DNA from: Alphaproteobacteria bacterium
Lineage (GTDB): Bacteria; Pseudomonadota; Alphaproteobacteria; UBA828
Assembly: GCA_965214705.1 (NCBI GenBank)
Contig: CBDCCI010000002.1
Coordinates: 2,720,001 to 2,784,000, forward strand
DNA length: 64,000 nt
Direction: 5' to 3'
In this document: positions 19,401-29,487 of the stretch, piece after piece
Layout: every line of letters starts with the position of its first letter
Position numbering within the stretch: the first letter of the stretch is position 1
Translations under genes and position numbers: made by a program
The notes under the pieces: generated by a model
The model's database searches: none
Told to the model about the DNA's origin: nothing
The model's input: the letters and a program-made list of their open reading frames with translations, nothing else

Positions 19401-19811
19401 ATGACACGCGATGTCGGACCGTTCGATCTGCAGACCGTCCGTCTGATCATGGATCCGCGCGGCCGCGCGACGCCGAAGCGGGTGGGGCCAGATTTTTACA
19501 GCGAGCTCGACGCCGAGTTCGACGGCTTTGCCGGCCACCTGTTGATCTCAAAGCATGAATTCTCCGAACCATGGGGCGCCTGGGAGATGCATCCGAAGGG
19601 CGACGAGATCGTTTATCTGCTGTTCGGCGGTGTCGACTTCGTGCTCTGGACCGCCGGTACCGAGCGCGTGGTCCGCCTCAGCGAGCCGGGCTCCTATGTA
19701 CTCGTTCCCCAGGGCACCTGGCACACCGCGCGGCCGCACGAGAGGAGCGCGCTGCTCTTCGTCACTACGGGCGAAGGCACGCGGCACAGCGAGGCTCCTG
19801 AGACAGTTTGA
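19401..19811 (+). CDS. Cupin domain protein
   Basis: WEMHPKGDEIVYLLFG..VPQGTWHTA; GGAGAG RBS. Confidence 0.85.
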   Translation: MTRDVGPFDLQTVRLIMDPRGRATPKRVGPDFYSELDAEFDGFAGHLLISKHEFSEPWGAWEMHPKGDEIVYLLFGGVDFVLWTAGTERVVRLSEPGSYVLVPQGTWHTARPHERSALLFVTTGEGTRHSEAPETV

Positions 19812-19940
19812 GGTGTCTTGGCGGCCACCGCCCCGACTTCGACGTCGAACCGCCGTTGGCTGCACACGATAAGGAGATGGACGTCAACGGCGTCGGTTGC
19901 CGACAACGCTATGCTAGCACGTCAAGCTGAAATATCGGAT

Positions 19941-21442
19941 GAGCCACTTGCAAAACTCCCAGGCGCGGTCTGCTTTTCCCGAGAGCCCGGCGTGAGGACA
20001 TTGACGGTCGGAACGTAACATGAACTTCGGGACGAGCGGACGTCGCTGGCTGCCGCCGGGGCGCCGATTCGCCGCAAACCGATGCCCATGCGGGCGCATT
20101 TTGGACCCGCCGTCGCGATGCGGACATGGCTTTTTGCGCCTCCGCGGAGGGAGGCGTGCCGGCGTGACAGCGACGGAGGCGCCGCTCAGGCCAGGAGGCG
20201 CATCAGCTGGTCGACCGTCAGCACCAGGATGCCGAACATCAGGTGGCAATGAACCTTGGCATGGCCGCGCACGCGGACATGGCGGCCCCCGCAGTTGTCC
20301 TTCAGCCCACCGTTGATGCGCTCGATGTTCGAGCGCTCGTTGTAGCGCTCGTCCGCCGGGTGGCGGTGACCGACGCCTCTCTGCGCCCTGGCCTCGCGCG
20401 CCAGCTCCTCCTTGTACTCCTTGTCGCGAGGGTTGACGTCGATGATCGGGACGTGGCCCAGCAGGTAGCTGTGCCAGCCGATCTCGGGCGCGTCATAGGC
20501 TGAGTCCATGAGGTCGTACAGATTGGTGACGCGGTCGGCGGTCATACTCGCCAGCGGGATCGCGGCCTGGCTGTCGTGCAGCGAGGCGGACGTCAGGATG
20601 CAACTGATCGGAATGCCGCCATCGGCGGCGTCGATGTGCAGCTTGTAACCGATCCACGATGTGGTATGGCCCCTGGCGTTGCGCTTGGTGCCGACGTCGC
20701 AGGCTTTCGGCAGGTCGTCGAGCATCTGGGGCAAGCTCATCGTGAGCTGGCGTTTCACGCGGCGCTCCTCCTTGGGCCGCTCCTCGCCCTTGCGCGGGCG
20801 GCCGCGCTTGCGCTTCGGCTTCTCCGCCTTGGGCTTGGGCTGAGGCTTCTCGCGCGCCTCGATCGCCGTCGAGTCGCGCGAGACGTGCCCGACCAGATGG
20901 TCTCCGAGGGTCTGCTTGATCAGCGCCTCATGCACGCGAGCGGGCAACGCACTCTCGGAGAACTCCGCAAACGCCCGCGAAAACGTCGCCTCGCTCGGGA
21001 TCTCTGCGGCATAGGTCCAGCCGCAGAGACGGCGTAGCGTCTTGTCGTTCTCAAGGCGCTCGATCAGGGCGCGCGTCGTGGGTACGTCGAACACCGCCTT
21101 GGCGATGAAGGCGCGGGCCAAGGCCGCCCGATCCTCGACCGGCCGACCGGGCAGGCCATGGAAATGGGGAAGGAAGCTCTCGACCCGCGCAAGCTCAAGC
21201 ACGGTGACGAAGCGCCGGTACCTCTCGCCGAGCGGCCCGAGCTCCTCCTCAAGCCACGGGAAAAGATCCGCTTGAATGTGATGCCAGAATCCGGATAGTG
21301 TCTGTCCCAGCGACATGGGGCCGCCCTCTCCGTCGACGTTGTCCGAAACCCGACAGGAACAGAGAGCGGTCCCGATTTCCAGGACAATCTGACCGCCACG
21401 GCGGCAAAATCCCGCTCAAATGCGGAATTTTGCAAGTGGCTC
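19941..21442 (-). mobile_element. IS1182/IS5-like IS
   Basis: IRs GAGCCACTTGCAAAA / TTTTGCAAGTGGCTC; GGAT duplicated on both flanks. Confidence 0.85.
20186..21316 (-). CDS. DDE transposase (DUF772-type N-terminus)
   Basis: PSEATFSR, SRDSTAI, WIGYKLH, MDSAYD, YNERSNIERINGGLK. Confidence 0.88.
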   Translation of the reverse strand: MSLGQTLSGFWHHIQADLFPWLEEELGPLGERYRRFVTVLELARVESFLPHFHGLPGRPVEDRAALARAFIAKAVFDVPTTRALIERLENDKTLRRLCGWTYAAEIPSEATFSRAFAEFSESALPARVHEALIKQTLGDHLVGHVSRDSTAIEAREKPQPKPKAEKPKRKRGRPRKGEERPKEERRVKRQLTMSLPQMLDDLPKACDVGTKRNARGHTTSWIGYKLHIDAADGGIPISCILTSASLHDSQAAIPLASMTADRVTNLYDLMDSAYDAPEIGWHSYLLGHVPIIDVNPRDKEYKEELAREARAQRGVGHRHPADERYNERSNIERINGGLKDNCGGRHVRVRGHAKVHCHLMFGILVLTVDQLMRLLA

Positions 21443-21498
21443 GGATGAGACGGCCGCCAGGGCCTTGGCGGGCCTTCCTGTACGCGGGGGTCAGGTCG

Positions 21499-22340
21499 TT
21501 GAGTGAATCGCAGACGGGCAAAGGGCAAACATTCAAGGACTTGCATTTGGCCGATGGCATATTCGTGATGCCGAATGCGTGGAATGCCGGCAGTGCCCGC
21601 ATGCTGGAAGCAGCGGGCTTCGCCGCGGTCGGCACCTCTAGCGCGGGCATCGCATTCTGTCTGGGTCTGCCCGACTATGAAGGGGCGCTCACCCGTCAAG
21701 CGGCGCTTGAGGAGACCAACCGGATTGTAGGCGCGCTTCGGATACCCGTCAGTATGGACGCGGAAAACGGCTATGGACATACGCCGGAACAGGTGGCCGA
21801 CACCGTCCGCCGAGCGGCCGAGATCGGCGCAGTGGAGCCAGCATCGAAGACTATGCTGCTGCCTGCGGCACAGGCGATCTTTACGATCGGGCGTTATCGG
21901 TGGCGCGGATCAAGGCTGCGGTGATAGCCGCCGTGTCGCTGCCTTTCCCCTTTACCCTGACCGCGAGAGCCGAGTGCTATCTCATCGGACACCCGAACCC
22001 GTTCGAGGAATCGGTGGCAAGGGTCAACATGTATCGGGAAACGGGCGCGGACTGCCTGTATGTGCCCGGCATCAGGGACGCCGAGACCATCGGCAGGTTG
22101 GTGAAGGAGGTCGACGGACCGGTCGACGTCGTCATGGGTCTTGCCGGCAGTCCGATGAGCGTACGCCAACTCGAGGACCTGGGGGTCAAGCGGGTGAGCA
22201 TCGGCGGTTCGCTGGCCCGGGCCACATTTGGTGTCATCCGTCGGGCGGCGACGGAAATGCGTGACCGCGGCACCTTTGCATTTGCCGAAGATCAGGTGCC
22301 GAATGGCGAGCTCTGCCGGTATTTTGCCAAGCGACCGTGA
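21499..22340 (+). pseudogene. Isocitrate lyase/PEP mutase family protein, frameshifted
   Basis: MPNAWNAGSA..TSSAG..MDAENGYG, then 1-bp loss near 21835 in GAVGASIED; continues TARAE..GADCLYVPG..GVKRVSIG. Confidence 0.8.
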
Positions 22341-22636
22341 CCGGCCCGTGCATCATAGGCCTGCAGGCGCGGTGGCGGACGCGGATGCGGCGGAGCCGGT
22401 CGCATCGAAGCCCTCGATCTGCGTCTTGGTGCAGCCGTCGAGCACGAACTCGGCCGACGCCGCGCCGAGGTCGGGGCGAGGCAAGAGCTGTGGCCGGCGA
22501 AGTCGAAGACATGGACCAGGCCATGTGTGGTTCGGCTCAGGCAGAGCGCAGGGAGGTGCTCCGGGGTGCAGCCCTCGACTTCATTCCAAAAACCAATCGG
22601 GAAACCCTTTCTACCTACCGACTTCGGCCAAAGGTT

Positions 22637-22678
22637 AAGGGTTGGGCAGGCTCTCTCTCGAGAGCCTGCCCAACCCTT
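22637..22678. terminator. Perfect 19-bp stem hairpin (terminator-like)
   Basis: AAGGGTTGGGCAGGCTCTC-tctc-GAGAGCCTGCCCAACCCTT. Confidence 0.6.
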
Positions 22679-22940
22679 TTGAACGAAGCCGCGGGCCACG
22701 AGAGGCGAAGTTGAGCTATGTGGAAAGTGCGCTGATGTCAGCGTCAGGCGGCATCCACCGGCAGCAGAGTTGCGCATAAAATCGACGCTCGCGCCGGTCT
22801 TTCGGCAGGCATGCGGGCGCACGCTGCGAGGACTGAGCGGGGTGTGAGCCGAGGGCTGTCAGCCCGGCTCAAGCGGAGACAGGTTCGGTCGTGCGTCGGC
22901 GCTTTGGCGCCGTTGCGCGGGGCCGAAGCGAGCGGGCGTC

Positions 22941-24182
22941 TCACGGTTTCCCCCTGTGGGTCGGCGGCAGCGCCGGCGGGCCGCGCGTCGAGCGGGGCTC
23001 ATGGCGGCGGCGGATTTCGCGGACGAGGCGCATGACGCCGCCGCAGTGGGGGCAGGCCACGGGCGCGGTGCCGATCTCGGGCTCTTCGTCGGGCTCGGCC
23101 CGAGCGCCGTCCACGCTTCCCTCGGGGGCGGCGCAGCCGAGGGCGCCGAGAGCCTGGCGTGCTCTCTCCAGCGTGCTGGCGCGGCAGCCGTTGGCGAGGA
23201 TGCCGAAGTAGCGAATGCGGTGCATGCCGTCCGGCAGGACGTGCCTCAGGAAGCGGCGGATGAACTCGTCGGCGCTCACGGTGGCGATGCCGTAGCGCGG
23301 CTTTCTCTGCCCCGGCGCCTTGGGCTTTCGGTGGCGGAAGGAGACCGTCTCGCCGTCGAAGGAGACGATGCGGCTGTCGGAGATGGCGATCCTGTGCGTG
23401 TAGTGCGACAGGTACCGGAAGACCTGCTCAGGCCCGCGGAAGGGCCGCTTGGCGTAGACCACCCAGTCCCTGGCCCGGGCGGCGGCAAGCGTGGCGTGGA
23501 ACTCGCCGGGATTGGCGAGGTGGGCGACGGTGCCGTGGAACTCCAGGTCCCCCCGGCCGTGGGCGCGGGCGAGCTCCTCGAGGAAGAGGCGGCGGAACAG
23601 GCTGCCGAGGACCTTGACGGGGGCGAGGAAGGTGGTGCTCCCCGTCTTCCACTCGCCACTGTCTACGTCGAAGCCCGCGTTGGGCACGACCACGTGCAGG
23701 TGCGGGTGGAAGCGGAGCTTCTGATCCCAGGTATGGAGGACCGCGGTGCCGCCGATGCGCATGCCGCCGTGGCGGGGATCGGCGGCGATGGTGCGCAGGG
23801 TCTCGGCGACGGCCCGGAAGAGGATGTCGAACACCACCCTGCGGTTGCAGAAGGCAATGGCGGCAACCTCCTTGGGCAGGGTGAAGACCACATGGAAGTA
23901 GGGCACCGGCAGGATGTCCCCGGCGCGCTCCTCGCTCCAGAGGTTGGCGGCGAGACCCTGGCAGGTGGGGCAGTGGCGGTTGCGGCAGGAGTTGAAGAGC
24001 GGATGCTCGCGCCCGCAGCCCTCGCAGGCGTACATGTGGCCGCCGAGCACGGCGGTGCGGCACGCCTCGATGGCGCCCATGACCTTGAGCCGGGCGGCGT
24101 CGATGCGCCCTTTGTGGCGCTCACGGAAAGCGGCGCCGGCGCGGCGGAAGATCTCCGCCACGCCCGCGCGTTCGGCCTCCAC
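22941..24182 (-). CDS. IS91-family (HUH/Y2) transposase
   Basis: CRT..LGGH..NSCRNRHCPTCQ zinc motif, HVVFTLP, LHTWDQ..HPHLH, YLSHYTHR, RIRYFG. Confidence 0.93.
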   Translation of the reverse strand: MEAERAGVAEIFRRAGAAFRERHKGRIDAARLKVMGAIEACRTAVLGGHMYACEGCGREHPLFNSCRNRHCPTCQGLAANLWSEERAGDILPVPYFHVVFTLPKEVAAIAFCNRRVVFDILFRAVAETLRTIAADPRHGGMRIGGTAVLHTWDQKLRFHPHLHVVVPNAGFDVDSGEWKTGSTTFLAPVKVLGSLFRRLFLEELARAHGRGDLEFHGTVAHLANPGEFHATLAAARARDWVVYAKRPFRGPEQVFRYLSHYTHRIAISDSRIVSFDGETVSFRHRKPKAPGQRKPRYGIATVSADEFIRRFLRHVLPDGMHRIRYFGILANGCRASTLERARQALGALGCAAPEGSVDGARAEPDEEPEIGTAPVACPHCGGVMRLVREIRRRHEPRSTRGPPALPPTHRGKP

Positions 24183-24188
24183 GCGCCG

Positions 24189-25067
24189 TCAGTTGCGCAA
24201 CGCTGCGAAGCCTGAGATCGGGTGGTCGAGGCCCTCGAACATCTTGCCGGTGACGCGGGCGTAGTGACGGGTCGTGTTCGCGCTTCGATGGCCGAGCATG
24301 TCCCGGATCACCTCGATATCGCCGCCGCGCTCGAGGAGATGGGTCGCCGCCGAATGGCGCAGGCAATGGAAGGTGTAGCTGCGGTCGAGCTCGGCAATGT
24401 CGCGCGCCCTCCTGAAGGCGGCCTGCAAGGTCTCCGTTGCGATGGGCCTGTCGAGCGAGACGCCGTAGAAGAGCCAGTTCGTCGGACGCGGCCAGATGTT
24501 CCTGTAGTAGACGCGCAAGTAGTGGATGACGATGTCCGGCAACGGTGCCATTCTCTCGGTGCCGCCTTTGCCGGAGGGGATGTGCAGCAGCTTCTTCTCC
24601 GACAGGATGTCGCCGACCTTGATGGCCAAGGTCTCGGAGATGCGGAGCCCGCCGCCATAGCCGGTGACAATGGCAGCACGGTGGCGGAGGTCGGGTGTCG
24701 CAAGGATGAGGTGCTCGACCTCCTGCTCCGACATGTAGCGCGGCAGCTTGCCGGGCTTCTTGCGGGAGCGCAGGCCGGCGACATGGTCAGGCCAGCCGAG
24801 TGTGTCGATGTAGAGGAAGTTCAGCGCGGCGAAGGAGACGTTGGTCGTGCCCGGACTGAGCCCCTTGTCGATCCGCCCCAGGTACCACTGGCGCACCTGC
24901 TCGGCGTCGAGCTCGTCCGGCGAGGCGTCGTAGTACCTGGCCAGGTTCTTGATCTCGCAGATGTAGGCCTTGGACGTGCTCGCGGCCAGATTGGCGATGC
25001 GGAGCTGCTCCTCCATGCGCTGGCGAAGAGGGGTGACGGTGTTCGTGTCGCACGCGGTCCCGGTCAT
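24189..25067 (-). CDS. Tyrosine recombinase of the IS91-like element
   Basis: TPLRQRM..YGGGLRISE..GKGGTER..HCLRHSAATHLLE..LGH..HY. Confidence 0.9.
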   Translation of the reverse strand: MTGTACDTNTVTPLRQRMEEQLRIANLAASTSKAYICEIKNLARYYDASPDELDAEQVRQWYLGRIDKGLSPGTTNVSFAALNFLYIDTLGWPDHVAGLRSRKKPGKLPRYMSEQEVEHLILATPDLRHRAAIVTGYGGGLRISETLAIKVGDILSEKKLLHIPSGKGGTERMAPLPDIVIHYLRVYYRNIWPRPTNWLFYGVSLDRPIATETLQAAFRRARDIAELDRSYTFHCLRHSAATHLLERGGDIEVIRDMLGHRSANTTRHYARVTGKMFEGLDHPISGFAALRN

Positions 25068-25458
25068 TATCGATCTCCCTGGATCGCGACGGCGCGCCGC
25101 CGGACCGATCCGGCGACGGTCCGTCGCAGGGGTCGATACTAACCACTGGTGATCGGGAGGCTGCTGGGGATCCGCCACCCGACGGGCGGAGCGCCACTGA
25201 CGCAACCGGGAAGCGAACGCACAGAACAAACGGCACCCGCGACGCCTCGGAAATGAATGAACTCTACGCCGCTAACTCCGCGTAGCGGCTTCGTTCAAGT
25301 TGCAGTGGCGCCATCGACGGCCACATCTAGCCGCTCGACGGCCCGGTTTCTGGGCCCGACATATACAAGACGGTGCTCGACTGCTGCCTCGCTGTTTCGG
25401 TTGCCCGCATTGTCCCGGAGAGCGCGAAGCTGCGGCTCCTTGCGCCCATGAAGGAGTG

Positions 25459-25851
25459 ATGAAAATGCCATCGACCAAGCACGGCGAGGTCCACTGGAAC
25501 GAGCTCATGACCCGGAATGTCGCGGATGCCAAAGCGTTCTATTCGGAGACATTGGGCTGGCAATACGAGGCATTTCCGATGCCCGAGAGCGAATACACGG
25601 TGTGCAAATCCGGCGATGTGCCGGTGGGCGGCATGATAGAAATGAGCGGCGCCTTGTTTGACGGCATCCCGAACCACTGGTTCGCCTATATCGCGGTCGA
25701 CGACATCGATGCCCGGCTCGCCAAAGTCGAGGCGGCCGGCGGTGACATCATCCGCCCGGCCTTCGATGTGCCGAAGGTGGGGCGCATCGCGGTCGTGAAA
25801 GACAAGACCGGCGCCGCGATCGGCTGGATCACCCCGGCTGAGCAGGGCTGA
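25459..25851 (+). CDS. VOC/glyoxalase family protein
   Basis: WNELMT..FYSETLGW..HWFAYIAVDD..VGRIAVVKDKTGA; AAGGAG RBS. Confidence 0.88.
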   Translation: MKMPSTKHGEVHWNELMTRNVADAKAFYSETLGWQYEAFPMPESEYTVCKSGDVPVGGMIEMSGALFDGIPNHWFAYIAVDDIDARLAKVEAAGGDIIRPAFDVPKVGRIAVVKDKTGAAIGWITPAEQG

Positions 25852-26218
25852 GCACCTCCTGTGCGCTGACCAAGTCCCGGGCGAGAACAACGCATCGCGT
25901 GAGCCCCGCCGGGGCACATGTCTACGGCAAGTATGGCTCACGCACGGCTGTGGTCGACGGACGTCTGAGAATGAGCCGTTCAGGCTCCGAAAGCAGCCCA
26001 GCGTGCACCGTCGAGATCATGATTGCTTCACCGTGCAGTGGTTTCGCTTGCACGAGACCTCGGGTCGGTTCGCCGCCATTGCGATGATTTCCTGACGGGT
26101 CTCGCTTGCTCGTGGCAGAATGCGCTGAATCGCCTCCTCCTCCATGAAGTCTCATGTTGGGCGACAGCGACCAAGGTCTCACACACACCGAAAGTGGGAA
26201 GGCGGCGAAGAACGAGAG

Positions 26219-26725
26219 GTCGCGGTAGGGACGCCGGTTCCCCCCCCCCCCACAGATCCGGACGTGGTCGTTAAACCATCCGGTTCCTACCTCTGGTATT
26301 TGACGTTGAACCGCTGTCACCGGCCACGGGTGGCGGATCCACGGCTTGGGCCAGTATCGGTCCACCAGGGCTTGCAGCCGTTGCCAACTGAAGCGATCCC
26401 GTTGCGACCGTCGGTGCAAAGCCCTCAGCCATATCCGTTTCAGGATGTAGGTGAAGCGTCACAGGAAGCGGGCGCTTGTCGGGACGGCATAGTAGTTCAG
26501 CCATCCGTTGACGACCCGTCCCAGCCACCGCGCGACCTCGTGGAGATCGTGGTGCCTGCGCCGCCGCAGAACCTCCGCGATGCGCTTCGGCGTGCGGCTC
26601 ATCCGCTTTGCAGCGGGCTTGCGTCCGAGCCCGAACCGTCCGCTCCTGGTCGTCCTGCAGTAGTGCGTGAAGCCCAGGAAGTCGAACGCCTTCGGGCGGC
26701 CTAGTCCCCGTGCCCGACGGTCCAC
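26219..26725 (-). mobile_element. 5'-truncated group II intron remnant (maturase domain X, DV, DVI)
   Basis: FDFLGFTHYC..GWLNYYAVP (in-frame stop)..RRSQR..HPWP, then DV-like GAACCGGATG..CACGTCCGGATCTGTGGGGG and 3' end CCCTACCGCGAC. Confidence 0.85.
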
Positions 26726-26729
26726 TTCC

Positions 26730-27195
26730 TATCGCCAACCTGGCGATCTTCGGCCACATGATCGTCAGCGCCATCATCACTGTTCTCGCGCCGACTCAGT
26801 TGATCGGGCCGCTCCGCAGGCGCTATCCGCGTGTTCACCGATAGTCAGGCTACCTGCTGGTCGGCTGCGCCATACCGACCGCCGTCGGTGGGATCGCCTA
26901 TATCGCAACGCGCGGCACGATCGGCGGTCAATTGATAGACTATGCGTTCGCGGGCTACGGCGCTTGCGTCCTCATCGCCGCTGTCCAGACGGTGCGCCAC
27001 GCCCGCGCACGCAACCTCACGCGGCACCGCGAATGGGCGCTCCGTCTCTTCGTCTTGGCAATCGGTTCCTGGATATACCAGGTTCACCATGAGATCTGGT
27101 ACGGGCTCACCGGCGGCCTCTGGACTGCGCCCGGCTTCTCCGGCCCGTGCGCCACGTTCCAGCCCTTCGCCTTCCACGTGCCGTACCCTCTCTCT
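26730..27195 (+). pseudogene. DUF2306-like membrane protein remnant
   Basis: GHMIVSAIITVLAPTQL..PRVHR*SGY..HREWALRLFVLAIGSWIY; 5' end missing, internal stop. Confidence 0.6.
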
Positions 27196-27300
27196 CGCGC
27201 TCGAGGTCTATTTCAGACGAACACGAAAAGGCGACCACCCGTCGTTCTCGACGGGATCTCACGCAATGGGTTCCCGCGGGCAGACCGAGCGACTCGCCTA

Positions 27301-27390
27301 GGGCCTGTTTACACTAACGCACAGCATCGTAGATGCGTGCGAAGTGGACGAAGCCCAGGAACGGGGCATCGAGTTTCTCGAAGCCATTGC
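27301..27390 (-). pseudogene. IS5-family transposase C-terminal scrap with IS end
   Basis: FEKLDAPFLGFVHFA..* followed by TGTAAACAGGCCCTAG. Confidence 0.55.
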
Positions 27391-27449
27391 AACAGGGAAC
27401 CGGCTTCGAGGCTGATCGCGGCGATCTCGTGCGGCAGATTGCCCATGAA

Positions 27450-27580
27450 TCGTCGAGAACCGGCTCGTCACGGTAGGCGAAACTCACCGCGTCGAAGACG
27501 ATGTCGGCACCCTCCGGCTTTGCGGCTGCCGAAGCCGGCGGCTCGGGGAGAGGCGGTGTCGCGAGCAGCGTGTCCATCCG
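27450..27580 (-). pseudogene. ABC transporter NBD-linker scrap
   Basis: LLATPPLPEP..DIVFDAVSFAYRDEPVLD. Confidence 0.45.
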
Positions 27581-27667
27581 CGCCAGGCTGTTGCGACTCA
27601 CCCCCATCGGTGCCGTCGATCGTCGAGGATCTCGTCCATCGTGCTTCGTTGGAAGAGCTGCCGAATT

Positions 27668-28192
27668 CTAGTTGCCCGGCCTTGTCGCCATCAGCTGAAC
27701 TCTTTGCGCCAACGCTTCGTTTGCCGCCGAGTAGGCAGGTTCGATCCAGTCCGTGTCCACGAACCAGAGGCCGATGCCCCGGTCCACCTCGTGCTGAACG
27801 ACCCGCGTCCCGCCGTCCATGGGCTCCAACAGCCAGCGATGGTCGAAGGTCAGAATTCCGGGGATGCCCCCCGATTGGCGCAGTTCCACGCCTGGACGAA
27901 AGGTCTCAACCAACGCGGTCATTTCGAGGATCGCTCCGCCCGGGTCGCGGACCCTGTTCAGCACCGTCTCTCCCTCCGCGTAGGCACCTTCGACCTCGAC
28001 GAAGACCGGATTCCACTGCGGGTAGGCCTCCGTGTCGGCCAGGACCGCCCACACCGCGTCCGGCGACGCGGGGATATCGATCTCAACATGAAAGGTCTTG
28101 TTGGTGGCGAACGAAGCCGCCGCAGCGATGGCGACCAGGGTTAAGACAACCCAAAGTGCGGGCAAGCCCCGTTTGGCGAGTGACCGGAACAT
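27668..28192 (-). CDS. SRPBCC (polyketide cyclase-like) protein with N-terminal membrane/signal segment
   Basis: EIDIPASPDAVWAVLAD..YPQWNP..ANEALAQRV. Confidence 0.85.
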   Translation of the reverse strand: MFRSLAKRGLPALWVVLTLVAIAAAASFATNKTFHVEIDIPASPDAVWAVLADTEAYPQWNPVFVEVEGAYAEGETVLNRVRDPGGAILEMTALVETFRPGVELRQSGGIPGILTFDHRWLLEPMDGGTRVVQHEVDRGIGLWFVDTDWIEPAYSAANEALAQRVQLMATRPGN

Positions 28193-28470
28193 CGGCGCCT
28201 CACATGTGCTTGTCGAACCAGTTCACCGGGTCGCCGGGAACGCGGCCGATATAGTCATGGGCAGCTAACCAGCGACGCCCGCAAGACTCGGTCCGCCCGG
28301 GCTTCCCTCGGACGAATCGTGAAAATCCAAGGGCCAGGATTGCACCCTGAATCGCACCAAATGCTGCCGTCACGAGGGACGACTTTGGTGAGTTTCGGCG
28401 GCTACTCTCGCGAGTTTGCGCAAGTCGAGTTTGGTTCCGGGACACGAGAATCTTCCGACAGCTTCGTCCC

Positions 28471-29487
28471 TCACATATGTGCGTCGTACCAAACAATCAT
28501 TTCCTCGGGCCTCTGGCTGAAATAGCGGTAGCCCTCGTAGCGCACCGGTGTGCCCTCGATCCACAGCAGCTTCTTGTCCGGGTTCGGCAGCTTGTCATGT
28601 ATGCCCTGCGCATCCGAAGGCTTGGTGGTCACGTCATCCCTCACCTGCACGACCATGGTTGGGCATTCGACCGCGTGGGCCCAGGCGATGGCGTTGGAAT
28701 CCGTGTGGCGGAAACTGGAATAGTAGGAGTAGCGCTCGTTGAAGCGTTCATAGGCGTTCTTGACGCCCTGGTCGATCAGGGCGCGCTCGATGAAGGGCGC
28801 GGCCGACAGCGGCTGCAGCGCGATCATGCAGGCGATGTGTTCGAACTCGTCGGGATGCCGTGCCATGGCGATGAAGGTCGCATTGCAGCCCATGCACAGG
28901 CTGTGCAGCCCAATCTTCATGCGCATGGTGTCATGGCGTGACCTGGCGTAGCGCATGGAGCCGATCACGTCGCGCCATTCGATGGCGCCGACGCCGGTGA
29001 TGTTGCCGGCACCGTCCGCCGAATGGCCATGACCCCGCAAATCGTAGGCGAGCACGTTGTAGCCGGCCTCGTGCAATGTCTTGTAGGCTTGGACAAAGTT
29101 CACCTCGAACCCGCCCTGCTGGTCCCAGGGTGCCAAATGGCCGGGATAGCCGTAGCGGTTGGCGCCGATGAAGTGGTTGCAGATGATCAGCTTGTCGGAG
29201 CCTTGCGCAGGAACGAACCAGCCATCCAGCATCACCCCGTCCGCGGCGGGGAAGAATACGTCTTCGTAGTCCAGCCCGTAGTCCGACGGCCGCCGCAGGA
29301 TAGGCGTGCGGAAGGAGTAGCTTACCCCCTTGGCGATCTGATCGATCATTGCGTCTTCCTGTGTCGGGTCCATGGCTGTTCCCTTCGTTTGGGTGTTCTC
29401 GGCAGCATCTGCCAAGCGCAGCGGTGCGATGGTTGCGGCGGCGGCAACGGCGCCGACTTTCAACAGGTTGCGTCTTGTCTGGTTCAT
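28471..29487 (-). CDS. Tat-exported alpha/beta hydrolase
   Basis: TRRNLLK twin-arginine signal; YDLRGHG; LHSLCMG nucleophile elbow with Cys. Confidence 0.85.
   Translation of the reverse strand: MNQTRRNLLKVGAVAAAATIAPLRLADAAENTQTKGTAMDPTQEDAMIDQIAKGVSYSFRTPILRRPSDYGLDYEDVFFPAADGVMLDGWFVPAQGSDKLIICNHFIGANRYGYPGHLAPWDQQGGFEVNFVQAYKTLHEAGYNVLAYDLRGHGHSADGAGNITGVGAIEWRDVIGSMRYARSRHDTMRMKIGLHSLCMGCNATFIAMARHPDEFEHIACMIALQPLSAAPFIERALIDQGVKNAYERFNERYSYYSSFRHTDSNAIAWAHAVECPTMVVQVRDDVTTKPSDAQGIHDKLPNPDKKLLWIEGTPVRYEGYRYFSQRPEEMIVWYDAHM

Larger units (their letters stand above)
22679..25298 (-). mobile_element. IS91-like element with associated tyrosine recombinase
   Basis: 14-bp inverted ends TTGAACGAAGCCGC / GCGGCTTCGTTCAA enclose a recombinase and a Y2 transposase. 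Confidence 0.8.

Noticed and set aside
19818-20018. Short ORF spanning the IS end
   Set aside because: Chimeric with the IS terminal repeat; no recognisable family.
26219-26725. Active retroelement (retron, DGR or group II intron)
   Set aside because: Only domain X and DV/DVI remain, with a stop codon; no RT core or YADD motif.
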